Translations under genes and position numbers: made by a program
Shown here: piece after piece, positions 52,046 through 62,324 of the stretch
Layout of the letters: each line of letters starts with the position of its first letter
Position numbering within the stretch: position 1 is the stretch's first letter
Source: Candidatus Binatia bacterium
Lineage (GTDB): Bacteria; Desulfobacterota; Binatia; Bin18
Reading direction: 5' to 3'
DNA: 64,000 nucleotides
NCBI GenBank assembly: GCA_963664395.2
Contig: OY761159.2
Span: 32,001-96,000, forward strand
The notes under the pieces: generated by a model
Told to the model about the DNA's origin: nothing
Databases searched by the model: none
Seen by the model: only the letters and a program-made list of their open reading frames with translations

Positions 52046-52909
52046 ATGAGCCAAATCCCCCCCTCCATCTCTGCGCAATTAGCGGGCATCCCGGTCGGCG
52101 ACACTCTGCCGGTCCGGATTATGGCCATTCTTAACGTCAGCCCTGAATCTTTTTACCCAGACTCAGTCCACACCAATCTTGAGCAGATAACGGAAACGGC
52201 ACATGCACTGGTAAGTGAGGGAGCTGATATCATTGATATTGGGGCTATGTCCACCGCCCCATACTTAAAAACAGATATTTCAATTGCACAAGAAACCGAG
52301 CGTTTAGCCCTGGCAATTGAAGCCGTTGCCGGTGCTGTTTCGGCTCCAATCTCAGCCGATACCAAGCGGGTCCAGCCGGCCCAAGCCGCCCTCAGTGCCG
52401 GCGCTCGGATTATCAACGATGTGAGTGGCTTAAAGAATGATCCGGCCATGGCTCCGCTTATTGCCCGTTTCGGCGCAGGCGCGATTCTTATGGCGAGTGA
52501 ACAGCATCCCCAGAGGGGATCGCCTTTGGAGCGAATCCGGAACGCACTGACGGAAAGTCTGACGCGTGCGGAGCACGCCGGAATTCCAGAGCAGCAGATC
52601 GTGCTTGACCCCGGGATTGGATTTTTTCGTGAGCCCGGGATTGCCTGGGATGAATGGGATTGCCTGGTTTTGCGAGCACTCGCAGACCTGCGGTCCTTGG
52701 GTTTTCCCCTCCTCGTGGGAGTGTCTCGCAAGTCCTTTATCGGCAAGATTCTCGATCAGCCCAAGGCCCACGATCGTCTCATTGGCTCGCTGACCTGTGC
52801 CGCCATTGCCGTGGCCAACGGGGCGCACATCATCCGCACCCATGATGTCAAAGAGACAATTGAAACGGTCCGCGTGGCAGAGCGGCTGCGCAGGCCGTTA
52901 GGGTGCTAG
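52046..52909 (+). CDS. folP: dihydropteroate synthase
   Basis: ILNVSPESF, INDVSG, DPGIGF, GVSRKSF and RTHDV motifs. Confidence 0.92.
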   Translation: MSQIPPSISAQLAGIPVGDTLPVRIMAILNVSPESFYPDSVHTNLEQITETAHALVSEGADIIDIGAMSTAPYLKTDISIAQETERLALAIEAVAGAVSAPISADTKRVQPAQAALSAGARIINDVSGLKNDPAMAPLIARFGAGAILMASEQHPQRGSPLERIRNALTESLTRAEHAGIPEQQIVLDPGIGFFREPGIAWDEWDCLVLRALADLRSLGFPLLVGVSRKSFIGKILDQPKAHDRLIGSLTCAAIAVANGAHIIRTHDVKETIETVRVAERLRRPLGC

Positions 52910-53563
52910 AGACTCACAAAAAGCGATCCGGTGAAGTGCCTGTACCGTTTCAACCAGAAACGTTGGTGGAAACGTCTCGAAACCCGCCCGTCCAAACCCC
53001 CACGTCACCCCGCAGGTGGCAATACCTGCGGCCCGCCCCGTGCGTATATCAATATCGGAGTCGCCGATCAGCAGCGTATCAGTTAAAGGGCAGTCAACCG
53101 TTTTGTGCAAAACAAAAACACCGCCCGGATCAGGTTTTCTCTTCGGCAAGGTGTCGCCGCCAATGACGACGCTAAAATAATCCGCAAGACCAAGGCCCGA
53201 CAGGATCGCTTGCGTGGGCTGTTCCGGTTTATTCGTCAACACAGACAAGCTCATCCCCCGGGTGCGGGCAGCCACGAGAAACGCTTCCATGCCTGGATAG
53301 GGTTTGGTCCGATCGAGCAGATGGGCATTGTAATAGTTCATGAAGAGAGCGAATCCGTCCGCAACAAGATCGGTCCTCTCTTGTCCCAGCGCCCGTTCGA
53401 TCAGTACACGTGCGCCGAGCCCGATAAAACTTTCGATTTGATCGACAGACAAGAGGGGGAGGCCCAACGCTCGCAGCATATAATTGGCTGCCGCCGCCAG
53501 GTCGGCTTTGGTATCAACCAGCGTCCCATCAAGATCGAAAATAAGGTGTGCGAAGCAGGGCAT
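52898..53563 (-). CDS. HAD hydrolase, phosphoglycolate phosphatase-like
   Basis: FDLDGTLVD, LTNKP, KPDP and IGDS motifs. Confidence 0.88.
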   Translation of the reverse strand: MPCFAHLIFDLDGTLVDTKADLAAAANYMLRALGLPLLSVDQIESFIGLGARVLIERALGQERTDLVADGFALFMNYYNAHLLDRTKPYPGMEAFLVAARTRGMSLSVLTNKPEQPTQAILSGLGLADYFSVVIGGDTLPKRKPDPGGVFVLHKTVDCPLTDTLLIGDSDIDIRTGRAAGIATCGVTWGFGRAGFETFPPTFLVETVQALHRIAFCESLAP

Positions 53564-53626
53564 AGAAAGCAAAAGGGCATGGAATGCTCCATGCCCTCAT
53601 GTTTTTCACATTTGGAAAGACAAGCG

Positions 53627-54052
53627 TTAGACAGAAAATGAAGACCCACAGCCGCAGGTACGGGTCGCATTCGGGTTCACAAACCTGAAGCCCGCCCCAT
53701 GCAGACCACTGACATAATCAAGCATGGTCCCATGCACATACTGGTGGCTGGTCGGATCAACAAAGAGTTTGACACCAGCCTGTTCGACAACGATGTCATC
53801 TTCCCGCGCAGTTGCATCAATACCGAGGCTATATTGGAATCCGGAACAGCCCCCACCCACAACCGAGATCCGCAACCCACCGTCTTCCATGCCTTCCTTG
53901 AGCATGGTTTCTCTCACTTTTTCTACTGCCAAGTCAGACAGGGACAGGGCAGGCCCATCAGATGCTGAAGCTGCCTCTTGCGGCGTATGGCTGGCCTGTT
54001 GGGATTGTTCGGCCTGTTGGGATTGTTGCATCTCTTGATCCAGATTTTCCAT
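53627..54052 (-). CDS. A-type Fe-S carrier (ErpA/IscA, HesB family)
   Basis: GGGCSGFQY and NPNATRTCGCGSSF motifs; GAGGAGG RBS. Confidence 0.92.
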   Translation of the reverse strand: MENLDQEMQQSQQAEQSQQASHTPQEAASASDGPALSLSDLAVEKVRETMLKEGMEDGGLRISVVGGGCSGFQYSLGIDATAREDDIVVEQAGVKLFVDPTSHQYVHGTMLDYVSGLHGAGFRFVNPNATRTCGCGSSFSV

Positions 54053-54068
54053 ACCGGCCTCCTCAACG

Positions 54069-54120
54069 GAAGTTTCCGAATTGTTTGATGTTGTGAAGTT
54101 TCCGAATTGTTTGATGTTGT
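54069..54120. repeat. perfect 26-bp direct tandem duplication
   Basis: gaagtttccgaattgtttgatgttgt, two copies. Confidence 0.9.
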
Positions 54121-54273
54121 TAAGAAGTCGTGTTCTCGACACGTGAGTTCAGGAGTAAGTCAAGACAGTTAAGAGGGTTACATAGATAGATAAGGCTTCT
54201 CTGTATCTGCGTCAATCCCTTTTGGCGTATTCTGCCCGTTTTGACTCTTGCTTTTGTATGCTACCACAAAGCC

Positions 54274-55395
54274 GTGTCACTCGAAAATGCGATTCAGGCC
54301 CAGGCGCGAGCGCTGGGCTTTCGCCTGTGCGGCTTCACCCGCCTATCGGTGCTGCCACGTGCATCATTTTTCACTACCTGGCTCGCCCAGGGGCATGCCG
54401 GAGAGATGCATTATTTAGCCAGGGAACCCCACAGACGCATTGATCCACATATTCCGTTTCCAGAAGCCCGCAGCGTCATTTGCCTGGGCTTCCCCTACTC
54501 TCCGCCCGTGCTGCCCAAGATAAACAAGATTAGTTGGCAAAACGAGCTACGTGGCCGCATGGCCGCCTATGCGGCTGGAGCGGATTATCATGATGTCATT
54601 AAAAAAAGGCTGGGGCAGTTGATTGCCTTTCTGAAAGATCAGCAGCCTGGGCTCTGGGCGCGGCCCTATGTGGACACTGGCCCTCTGCTGGAACGCGACT
54701 GGGCGTATCGCAGCGGCCTGGGCTGGTTCGGCAAAAACACCATGCTGCTGCATAAAGCCATGGGTTCGTGGTTTTTTCTGGCCGAGGTTCTTGTCAGCCT
54801 GGACCTTGAGGGTGAAGGCATACCGAGCGCCCATTGCGGCACCTGTACCCGGTGTATAGATGACTGTCCGACCGACGCGCTGGCTGCGGGCTATGTCCTC
54901 AAGTCGCCGCTGTGCATCTCCTATCTGACCATCGAACATCGCGGTCCAATTCCGCACGCGCTACGCCCCAAGCTCGGAAACTGGATTTTCGGGTGCGACA
55001 TCTGCCAGGAGGTCTGTCCGTGGAATGACAAATTCGGCCAGCCCCGCCAAGACCTGACGGACGAGTTGTTTCCGTCCCTGCCCGAACTGTTACGGCTGGA
55101 CGAGGATGGCTTTCGGGCCCGTTTCCGGCGCTCCGCGGTATGGCGCACCAAGCGCCGCGGTTTGCTGCGTAATGTCGCCGTCGCTCTGGGCAACAGCGAC
55201 AATCCCGCCGCGGTCGGTCCGCTGCAAGCAGCTCTCCACGATCCCGAACCCCTGATCCGAGGTCATGCGGCCTGGGCGCTGGGCCGCCTGGCGCAAACGA
55301 CCAGTCTCAAGACCGCCCTGGACCGCGAACGAGACGCCTACGTCCGCCAGGAATTTCTGGTGGCCCTCGGCGAGCAGCCGGCGCCTGAGCCGTGA
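54274..55395 (+). CDS. queG: epoxyqueuosine reductase
   Basis: DTGPLLER, GWFGKN, CGTCTRCIDDCPT and FGCDICQEVCPWN motifs, with a HEAT tail. Confidence 0.93.
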   Translation: MSLENAIQAQARALGFRLCGFTRLSVLPRASFFTTWLAQGHAGEMHYLAREPHRRIDPHIPFPEARSVICLGFPYSPPVLPKINKISWQNELRGRMAAYAAGADYHDVIKKRLGQLIAFLKDQQPGLWARPYVDTGPLLERDWAYRSGLGWFGKNTMLLHKAMGSWFFLAEVLVSLDLEGEGIPSAHCGTCTRCIDDCPTDALAAGYVLKSPLCISYLTIEHRGPIPHALRPKLGNWIFGCDICQEVCPWNDKFGQPRQDLTDELFPSLPELLRLDEDGFRARFRRSAVWRTKRRGLLRNVAVALGNSDNPAAVGPLQAALHDPEPLIRGHAAWALGRLAQTTSLKTALDRERDAYVRQEFLVALGEQPAPEP

Positions 55396-55425
55396 GGTTC
55401 AGAGGCCGGGGACAAGGGAGCGCGC

Positions 55426-56475
55426 TTACAAGAGGTCGAGAATAGTCCAACTTCCATCGGCATTCTTGGCGGCAAAAGCGCGGATTTCGATAACATCGTC
55501 GATCTTGTCAAGAGCCTTTTGGAAAGCCTTACCAGTATCAAAGCACGCATCAATGCCCTTATCATCCACTAGAGGCACATCCACCTCGGCCTCGATACAC
55601 CCTCGTCCGCTGGCTTCAACAGAAAAAGTAAAGTCAATATCGCCAAAGGGAATATCTACAGAGCCACTGCACTTCGCTCCCGGCTTCACCCTTAAGTCAA
55701 TAACGCACTCCCCAAGATCAACAAGTGGGAAGCGATCAATGGTCCAACTCCCATCCTCATTCCTGATGACAGAAACCCCGATCTTACGCAGAACATCCGG
55801 CAGGCGGGCCGAATAGCAATAATTGAATGCAGGAATGCCGCTGATGCTTATGCACCCCCGGCCCTCAGCCTCAACAGAAAAAGCAAAGCCGGTGCTGACC
55901 TCACCCAGGCGGGAGGTCTCAAGCTCAAGAAATATGGAGCCACGGCACGTCTCTCCCGGATTCATCGTGAGCGTCTCTCTACATGCCGGTTCCCGCGAGC
56001 CCGCTTCCAGATGCTGAGTCGCCTGATTCCACTTAAAGGTCGTGGTCTCACCGGCATGAGGAAAGTCCGGGACACTGACCTGGATGCTCGCTCCTGTCAA
56101 GAACTCCGTCCCGAGGGTGGTTACCGTGAACGTACTCTCGGCAAACTTCACACCATTATCGTAGGCCACCGCGGTGTGTTCTCCATCACCCAAGTTCCCC
56201 CAGTTCGTGTAGCTGAAAAATCCATTATTCCCATCATTGTCACAGACCCCGCTGGTGTCTGCACGGGGCAACCCATACGTCGCGGGAATAGACTCTCCAG
56301 CGTTGAGTCTGATGGTGATGTCCCCCTCGGCCTCACACTTCCAGCCCGAGATAACCCCGATACCCGACACGGTGGTCCCGTTGCCGGGAATCTCAAGGAC
56401 ACCGGTGAGTTGGGCGTGCGCCAGAGACGGAACCAAGACTATGAGCCCAAGGCAAAGGCGAAGCAGGAAAGACAT
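55426..56475 (-). CDS. secreted protein: unnamed ~130-aa domain plus two Cys-containing ~85-aa repeats
   Basis: Signal peptide ending AHA; GVLEIPG...SGIGVISGWKC domain; two copies of C..PG..C.GS...FSVEA.GRGCI...NxDGSWTI. Confidence 0.75.
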   Translation of the reverse strand: MSFLLRLCLGLIVLVPSLAHAQLTGVLEIPGNGTTVSGIGVISGWKCEAEGDITIRLNAGESIPATYGLPRADTSGVCDNDGNNGFFSYTNWGNLGDGEHTAVAYDNGVKFAESTFTVTTLGTEFLTGASIQVSVPDFPHAGETTTFKWNQATQHLEAGSREPACRETLTMNPGETCRGSIFLELETSRLGEVSTGFAFSVEAEGRGCISISGIPAFNYCYSARLPDVLRKIGVSVIRNEDGSWTIDRFPLVDLGECVIDLRVKPGAKCSGSVDIPFGDIDFTFSVEASGRGCIEAEVDVPLVDDKGIDACFDTGKAFQKALDKIDDVIEIRAFAAKNADGSWTILDLL

Positions 56476-56562
56476 CAGCATCTCCTCATAGGAACGTGAG
56501 AATAGTACGGGCACGTTGTATCTTTTCGATAGGGAGGACACAAGCTTGACGTTCCCTTGGCT

Positions 56563-58299
56563 TTACGCGGTCAGAAACGCGATGCCGGTCCAGCAGACGG
56601 CCGCCAGACCGGCGGCAACCGAGGCTTGCGGGAGCTGCGTCTTAACGTGGTCCATCAGGTCGCAGCCGGTGCACATGGCGCTCAGGACGGTCGTATCCGA
56701 GATCGGCGAGCACTGGTCGCCATAGACGCTACCGTCCATCACCGCGGCAAAGCACAGCGTCATGAACAGCTCGGGGTGGGCGAGACCGTGTGCCCCGGCA
56801 ATAGCCCAGGCGAGCGGCATGGCAAGCGGAAACGCCACCGCATAGGTGCCCCAGCTCGTCCCGGTGGAAAAGGCAATAATCATGGTCAGGAGCTGAAGCA
56901 GGACCGGCAGGAGGAAGTAGGGAATGCTCTCGCCGAGCAGGTCAACCAGAAAGACCGCCCCCCCGGTTTGGGTGTTGACACCGCCGATCGTGATGGCCAG
57001 CAGCAGGATAACAGAGCCGAGCACGACGCCCCGGATGCCATCGTGAAACCCGGCCATGAGTTCCTTGAGCGCCATGCCCTTGGCCAGCGCTATGCCCACA
57101 GCCAGGAGGAGGGCAGCCCCAAACGCCCAGTGCACATTGGGCGAGCCAGTCACCACAAAGGTGCCTATGGCAATGCCAATCAGCGTGCCCAGCGGCAGGA
57201 AGAACTCCAGCACGTGCGGCGTATAGCCCGCGGGCACGTTGCTGGTCTGCAATTCTCTGGCGCTCAGCGGTTCGGCCCCGTCCGCGTCGAGTTGACCGGT
57301 AGTACGGGAACGGTCTATGGCCGCAGCCAGTCGCTTGCCCAGGAAAAGGGGCTTTTCAATGCCGAGCAAAAACGTGCCGAGGACGGCGAAAATGGCATAG
57401 AAACAAAACGGGACGCTCTGAAAGAAAAAGCTGATGCGGTCCGCTTCGGTCGCCAGAAAACTGACTCCGGAGACAAAGATGAACGCCTGCACATAGCCCG
57501 GCCAGGCGTTGAACGCGAGTTGTGAGGCAATGGGCGAGGCGGTCGAATCGACAATATAGGCCAGTTCTTCGTGGCTCACATTTTCCCGGTCGGCAATCGG
57601 CTTGACCGTGGTGCCGACCAGCACGGTGCTCATGGTCCCGCCCTGAAAAAATATAACGCCCAGCATCCAGGCCACCAGCTTGGCCGTCTTGGGGCCACGC
57701 ACGAAACGCGCGGTCATGAACTCGGCGAAAGCCTGCGCCGCGCCGGTCCGCGACCAGACCCCCATCAGCCCACCGAGCAGCCACAAATAGAGCAACAGAA
57801 TGCCGGCCACATTGGTCGTGGCCAGGGCGGGAATCAGCACCTGGCCCGTCAGGTCGTACTGACCCAGAATCAGCGCCCCGGAGACAATGCCGCCCAGCAG
57901 CGCGGGGACGGGTTCTCTGGTAACCCAACACAGCAGCACGGCCACAATCGCGGGCAATAATGACCAATAGCCCCAGTGATACTGAGCGGTGAGCCGGTAA
58001 TAGACGCGCGTGGCTTGTCCGTCGCGCGTGACGGTGGCCGTAACAAATTCCTCCGTCACCGCCGGCGCGACGTTCGAGCCGTCGACCCGATCCGGGTTGA
58101 GTTCTGCCCGTTCAATGGGAACCGGCTCGAAATACACCGGCTCACCCCGGGCGATGTAGTACACATGCCCGTCGCCGTCCGTGCGGACGTCCAGCACGGC
58201 CTGGCTCACCGTCCAGGTTGGCGGCACGACTGCACCGACAACCCAAGAGAGAATCAGGGCACCGGAAAAAATGAAAAAATTAAGCAAGTGGGCAGGCAT
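56563..58299 (-). CDS. Na+/H+ antiporter NhaC-family transporter
   Basis: AYIVDSTASP, AFSTGTSWGT and GDQCSPISDTTVLS motifs. Confidence 0.88.
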   Translation of the reverse strand: MPAHLLNFFIFSGALILSWVVGAVVPPTWTVSQAVLDVRTDGDGHVYYIARGEPVYFEPVPIERAELNPDRVDGSNVAPAVTEEFVTATVTRDGQATRVYYRLTAQYHWGYWSLLPAIVAVLLCWVTREPVPALLGGIVSGALILGQYDLTGQVLIPALATTNVAGILLLYLWLLGGLMGVWSRTGAAQAFAEFMTARFVRGPKTAKLVAWMLGVIFFQGGTMSTVLVGTTVKPIADRENVSHEELAYIVDSTASPIASQLAFNAWPGYVQAFIFVSGVSFLATEADRISFFFQSVPFCFYAIFAVLGTFLLGIEKPLFLGKRLAAAIDRSRTTGQLDADGAEPLSARELQTSNVPAGYTPHVLEFFLPLGTLIGIAIGTFVVTGSPNVHWAFGAALLLAVGIALAKGMALKELMAGFHDGIRGVVLGSVILLLAITIGGVNTQTGGAVFLVDLLGESIPYFLLPVLLQLLTMIIAFSTGTSWGTYAVAFPLAMPLAWAIAGAHGLAHPELFMTLCFAAVMDGSVYGDQCSPISDTTVLSAMCTGCDLMDHVKTQLPQASVAAGLAAVCWTGIAFLTA

Positions 58300-58344
58300 C
58301 TGTTTTCTCCAATGGGGCTCGGTGAGGTAAAGAATCGCTCGGGG

Positions 58345-58445
58345 TAGCGCTAGTTCAGTGAATAGGCTTTCCGGTGTTTACACCCTCTCCCTCTGGGAGA
58401 GGGTGGCCGAAGGCCGGGTGAGGGATTTCCAGCTTAGTAGCGCTA
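58345..58445. repeat. palindromic intergenic element bounded by TAGCGCTA
   Basis: caccctctccctctgggagagggtggccgaaggccgggtgaggg, flanked by TAGCGCTA at 58345 and 58438. Confidence 0.55.
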
Positions 58446-58463
58446 TACGGTTAGAAACACAAC

Positions 58464-58754
58464 TTACGCGGAGTCCTTGGATTCTGGAGAATCGTCGTTG
58501 GGTCTCTTCGCCGCCTGTTCCGTAGGAGCCTCTTGCTCGGCTATCATCTCTTCGAGCTCTTGGTGTACCTCCTTGGTCGTCATCGTCTCAACTCTTAATC
58601 GGTCGGAGCTAGAGACCTTCCGGAAGTGCTTTTCTATTTCCTTTAACACGTTCACAAGGTCCGTCTCGATTTTCGGCGGCGGTGGTGAGGAGAAACCTAA
58701 GAACTGCGATATGTCCAATTTGACTGTTTTTTTGTACGCCTTACCGTTTACGAC
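58464..58754 (-). pseudogene. probable 3' remnant of a hypothetical gene
   Basis: The frame is open back to the MmeI-like stop (VVNGKAYKKTVKLDISQFLG...), with no ATG start or RBS at its 5' end. Confidence 0.4.
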
Positions 58755-61582
58755 TTACGCAAATTTAACCCCAATAACTCCCGCAACGCTTCATCGTCAG
58801 AAATATCCGCGTCCCAGCCGTAGGCCGCCGCCACGGCGGCATCAAGGCTTGCGTGGGCATCAGCCAACCATTGCGGGCGGGCATTGTAGAGGTTGGTCAG
58901 GGTACGTTTCTTGAGTTCTTTCGCCGCGTCCTCGTTGCGAGGAACCGGGCGTTTGGGATAGCCGGAGACTGGCTCGTCTACCCACTCCACCCATTCGGGC
59001 GGGTTGAGCCAACGGTCGCGGAGTTCGACCAGCCGCCGGGCGGCCTCGGCAATGGCAACAGCATGCGGATTATCGGCATAGTCGGTAGCGGGGATGTCCG
59101 GCGTTAGTTCATCTGGAAAAGGGAACGTCGCGAAGGTCGTGGTCGGTGTGTAGCGCGGACGGTCTTCCAAGCTCGTACCAAGCCGCAATGACCATGCTTC
59201 ATGAAAGCGGCTATGCAGAATACCAAAGGCCGTGTCGTCGTCGCGGGCGATGACGATCAGCTGACAGTCGGGGCAGATACGGGCGTCGCACCAGACGAAC
59301 AACCGGTGCTTGGCAACGCGCGGCGTGGCGATGTAGCGCGACAGGCCCTTTAGCGCCCGCCACATCTCCGGGCGAGGGCACCAATGTTGCCACCACACCT
59401 CTTGGATACCTTTTACTTTACTTTTTTGCCGCATGGGCCAAACATGGTCTTGGACATAAGCAAAAGGTATTTCGTAGAGCGCGGCTTCGGCCTCGCTCAT
59501 TGTATCTCCGAAATCGACGATCCATTTCCCTGCCGGACGCCGGGTCACAGCCATTCCATTGACCCAGGGCTTGAGCACATCAGCATTCGGGCGACCATTG
59601 GGATTGGCCGGTAGGCGAAGCCACTCTCGGGCCGTGTCACCGGGAATGTCGAAGGGACCGGACTTTTGGTCGCCAACGAACGCGACACTACGATTTGTCA
59701 GCAACTTCCCGGCTTTGGTGAGATCGGCCTTTCCTGCGGTGAGATCCGCAGCAATTTGTGTTGACTCCTCATCGTTGAGGTACACGGGGAGACCGGCTTC
59801 CTCATGTCCAAAGCAAACAAGCGAGACCCGCACTGAAGCACCATCAACCATCCACGGCTCGTCCGACCAAGCATCAAAGATCACCGACCGCTTGACGATA
59901 CTGTCGAGTACGGTACGGTTGCTGCCACCTCGAATGGAGTTGGTAGCGACGAGCCCCGCTCGCCCGACTTTGCCCTGAACAACCAGGTCCGCCGCTTTGT
60001 GGAACCAGTAGCAGACCAGATCGGTGAATGCAGGAAGCGAACCTTTGTAAGCCTTGCGCAACGCCGCGGTGTACTCCCCACCGAGGCCACTAAGCAAAAG
60101 CTTACCTCCCAAAAACGGCGGATTGCCGATTACTACATCGGCCTCGGGCCACTGGGGCTCCTCCCTTTCCGGGGTCAGGATGGCGTCTCGGCACTCGATG
60201 GTATCGAGCGGCTTCAGGATGGGATCGCGGGATTCGTTGAAGCCGTTGCGCCGCATCCACTGTATTTCGCCAATCCACACCGAGACGCGGGCCAACTCCG
60301 CAGCGTAGGCGTTGATCTCAATGCCCTTGACGTTGGCCGGGCCGATGGTGGGAAATTCTCTCTCTAAGCCCAGCGCTTCAGCTTCCAACTGTACCCGATG
60401 CTCCAGGTCCTTGAGGGCATGTAGGGCCAGATACAGAAAGTTGCCCGACCCGCAGGCAGGATCAAGCACCGTAAAGGCGCGCAGCCGCTCAAGGAACTTG
60501 CCTAACAGGCGCTCGGCTTCGGCCCGGCGGCGTGTGCGTGTGGCTGGGGCCTTGGCCGTCTCCGCTTTTTCCAGGACAGCGGCGATCTCGGCCTTGGCCG
60601 TCTCCCATTCGGTCAACCAGGGGCGAATGATTACCGGCTCGACAATCAGCATGATCTTATCGCGGTCGGTGTAATGCGCGCCCAGTTGCGAGCGTTTGTC
60701 CGGGTCAAGCCCGCGCTCGAACAGCGTGCCCAGGATCGAAGGATCAATCTCCGACCAGTCGAGTGCCGCCGCCGCGAGCACGGAGGCAATATCGGTTTGT
60801 TCTAACGGCAAGGCCGTGTCGTCGTCGAACAACCCGCCGTTGAACCACGCCACTGCCTCGAAACCCACATCGCCGCCCGTGGACATCGCGCCAAACAGGC
60901 GCGATGCATACTCGACAAACTGATCCGGCTTGAGCCGGCTGTGTTCGAGCATCCCGGTGAACATGTTGCCGGGCAACAGGCCCACATCCTCCGCGAACAT
61001 GCAGAAGACGAGACGGTTGACGAAATGCGCGACCTCCTGCGGGTCGCGGCCACGCTCTCGCAGGGTGTGGGCCAGTGCGGCGAAGGTGGTCGCCGCCCGC
61101 TCGGTGAGTGCCTGCCGGGTGTCTTCCGGCCGCAGCCGTTCGGGGTCGGCCATCGCCCATTTGAGTTGGTCGCGGATAGCTGCATCCGCGAGATCGTCCA
61201 GCCTGAATTCGTAGATTTTGCTGACGCTGTTGGTCCAGTTGGTGTGGATGCGGAACCGGGCCATGTCCGAGACGATCAGCAGCGGCGGGTTTTCCAAGGC
61301 GAGTGTGTATTGGCGCAACTGCCTGAAGGCGGCGTCGAGGTTGGCCCGCTTGCCCTTGTACTCCCAGGCGAAGTGATGGCGTTTCCAGACATCGGCCCAC
61401 CCGTCGCCGCCGGTGTCCTTGCGGGCGCCGCGCTCGAAGCAGTACCGCTCCCCTTTTGGATCAGCTTCGGCGGGCGTCGGCTCACCGAGCAGCCGGCACA
61501 GGTCGAGAAAGTGCTCCTGTGACGACGCACTCTCTTTGAGTTCGGAGGCTCGCCACTTGGTGATGAATTCTGTCGGCGTCAT
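58748..61582 (-). CDS. MmeI-like Type IIL restriction-modification fusion (nuclease + m6A MTase + TRD)
   Basis: ADVWKRHHFAWEYKG (PD-D/ExK), WFNGGLF, GAHYT, DPACGSGNFL, GNPPF, TNSIRGG and RYTPTTTFATFPFP motifs. Confidence 0.9.
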   Translation of the reverse strand: MTPTEFITKWRASELKESASSQEHFLDLCRLLGEPTPAEADPKGERYCFERGARKDTGGDGWADVWKRHHFAWEYKGKRANLDAAFRQLRQYTLALENPPLLIVSDMARFRIHTNWTNSVSKIYEFRLDDLADAAIRDQLKWAMADPERLRPEDTRQALTERAATTFAALAHTLRERGRDPQEVAHFVNRLVFCMFAEDVGLLPGNMFTGMLEHSRLKPDQFVEYASRLFGAMSTGGDVGFEAVAWFNGGLFDDDTALPLEQTDIASVLAAAALDWSEIDPSILGTLFERGLDPDKRSQLGAHYTDRDKIMLIVEPVIIRPWLTEWETAKAEIAAVLEKAETAKAPATRTRRRAEAERLLGKFLERLRAFTVLDPACGSGNFLYLALHALKDLEHRVQLEAEALGLEREFPTIGPANVKGIEINAYAAELARVSVWIGEIQWMRRNGFNESRDPILKPLDTIECRDAILTPEREEPQWPEADVVIGNPPFLGGKLLLSGLGGEYTAALRKAYKGSLPAFTDLVCYWFHKAADLVVQGKVGRAGLVATNSIRGGSNRTVLDSIVKRSVIFDAWSDEPWMVDGASVRVSLVCFGHEEAGLPVYLNDEESTQIAADLTAGKADLTKAGKLLTNRSVAFVGDQKSGPFDIPGDTAREWLRLPANPNGRPNADVLKPWVNGMAVTRRPAGKWIVDFGDTMSEAEAALYEIPFAYVQDHVWPMRQKSKVKGIQEVWWQHWCPRPEMWRALKGLSRYIATPRVAKHRLFVWCDARICPDCQLIVIARDDDTAFGILHSRFHEAWSLRLGTSLEDRPRYTPTTTFATFPFPDELTPDIPATDYADNPHAVAIAEAARRLVELRDRWLNPPEWVEWVDEPVSGYPKRPVPRNEDAAKELKKRTLTNLYNARPQWLADAHASLDAAVAAAYGWDADISDDEALRELLGLNLRKS

Positions 61583-61625
61583 GGCCTTATGAGGAAGGGA
61601 TACGAGAGTTCGGGCTGGGGCTCGC

Positions 61626-62180
61626 TCAGCCCACTTTCAACTTATCTCCGCCGGCCTCACCTCCGCCTGATGCAACCTGGTCGCGCATTTTGGAGCCTTG
61701 TTCGTAGAAGCGCGTGGCCCAGATGCCGCTGAACGGTTCGTCCTCGCCGGGCATACGCCAGGTCATGACCTTGGCCGATTCCAGCGCGACACCGATCAGG
61801 GCGCGGGGCTGGTCGTGGGTCTCGGTCAGATAATAGTCGCCGGAGGTTTCGTCCACGTAGCGCAGGGTGATGCGGCGGTAGATGTCCCGCCATTCGTCGT
61901 CGTGGCCGAGTGGATACAGAATCTCGGCTTTGCCCTCGACCAGCACTTTGCGATACACACCTTCTTCTTCATCAATCGTAATGGCAACTCGCGCGTCCTT
62001 CTGGATGTTGGTCCAAAAGGCTGAGTATTTGCGCGGGGTGATGATGATTTTTCCGTCCTCGTATACAAACCATACCGGCACCACGCTGGGGCTGCCGTCT
62101 GCCTGAAGGGTGGCAATCCGGGCCAGATGGCCGCGCTCCTGGAGAAATGCGTCCCGTTCTTCAACTGATAATTTTGGCAT
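61626..62180 (-). CDS. pyridoxamine 5'-phosphate oxidase/F420-dependent split-barrel protein
   Basis: LARIATLQADGSPSVVPVWF...NIQKDARVAITID motif; GGAGG RBS. Confidence 0.85.
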   Translation of the reverse strand: MPKLSVEERDAFLQERGHLARIATLQADGSPSVVPVWFVYEDGKIIITPRKYSAFWTNIQKDARVAITIDEEEGVYRKVLVEGKAEILYPLGHDDEWRDIYRRITLRYVDETSGDYYLTETHDQPRALIGVALESAKVMTWRMPGEDEPFSGIWATRFYEQGSKMRDQVASGGGEAGGDKLKVG

Positions 62181-62324
62181 ATGGCCTCCTTTTTCCGATA
62201 TTGTTGACGCCACAAAAGAATGCTTTTTCTCTTCCGTCGTCAACTGCTCCTCTTGCTCGGCGGCCTGCCCCTGGGCGTGCGGGGTTGGAGTCTGGGGGCT
62301 CAGCGTGTAGACAATAGTCTAAGT

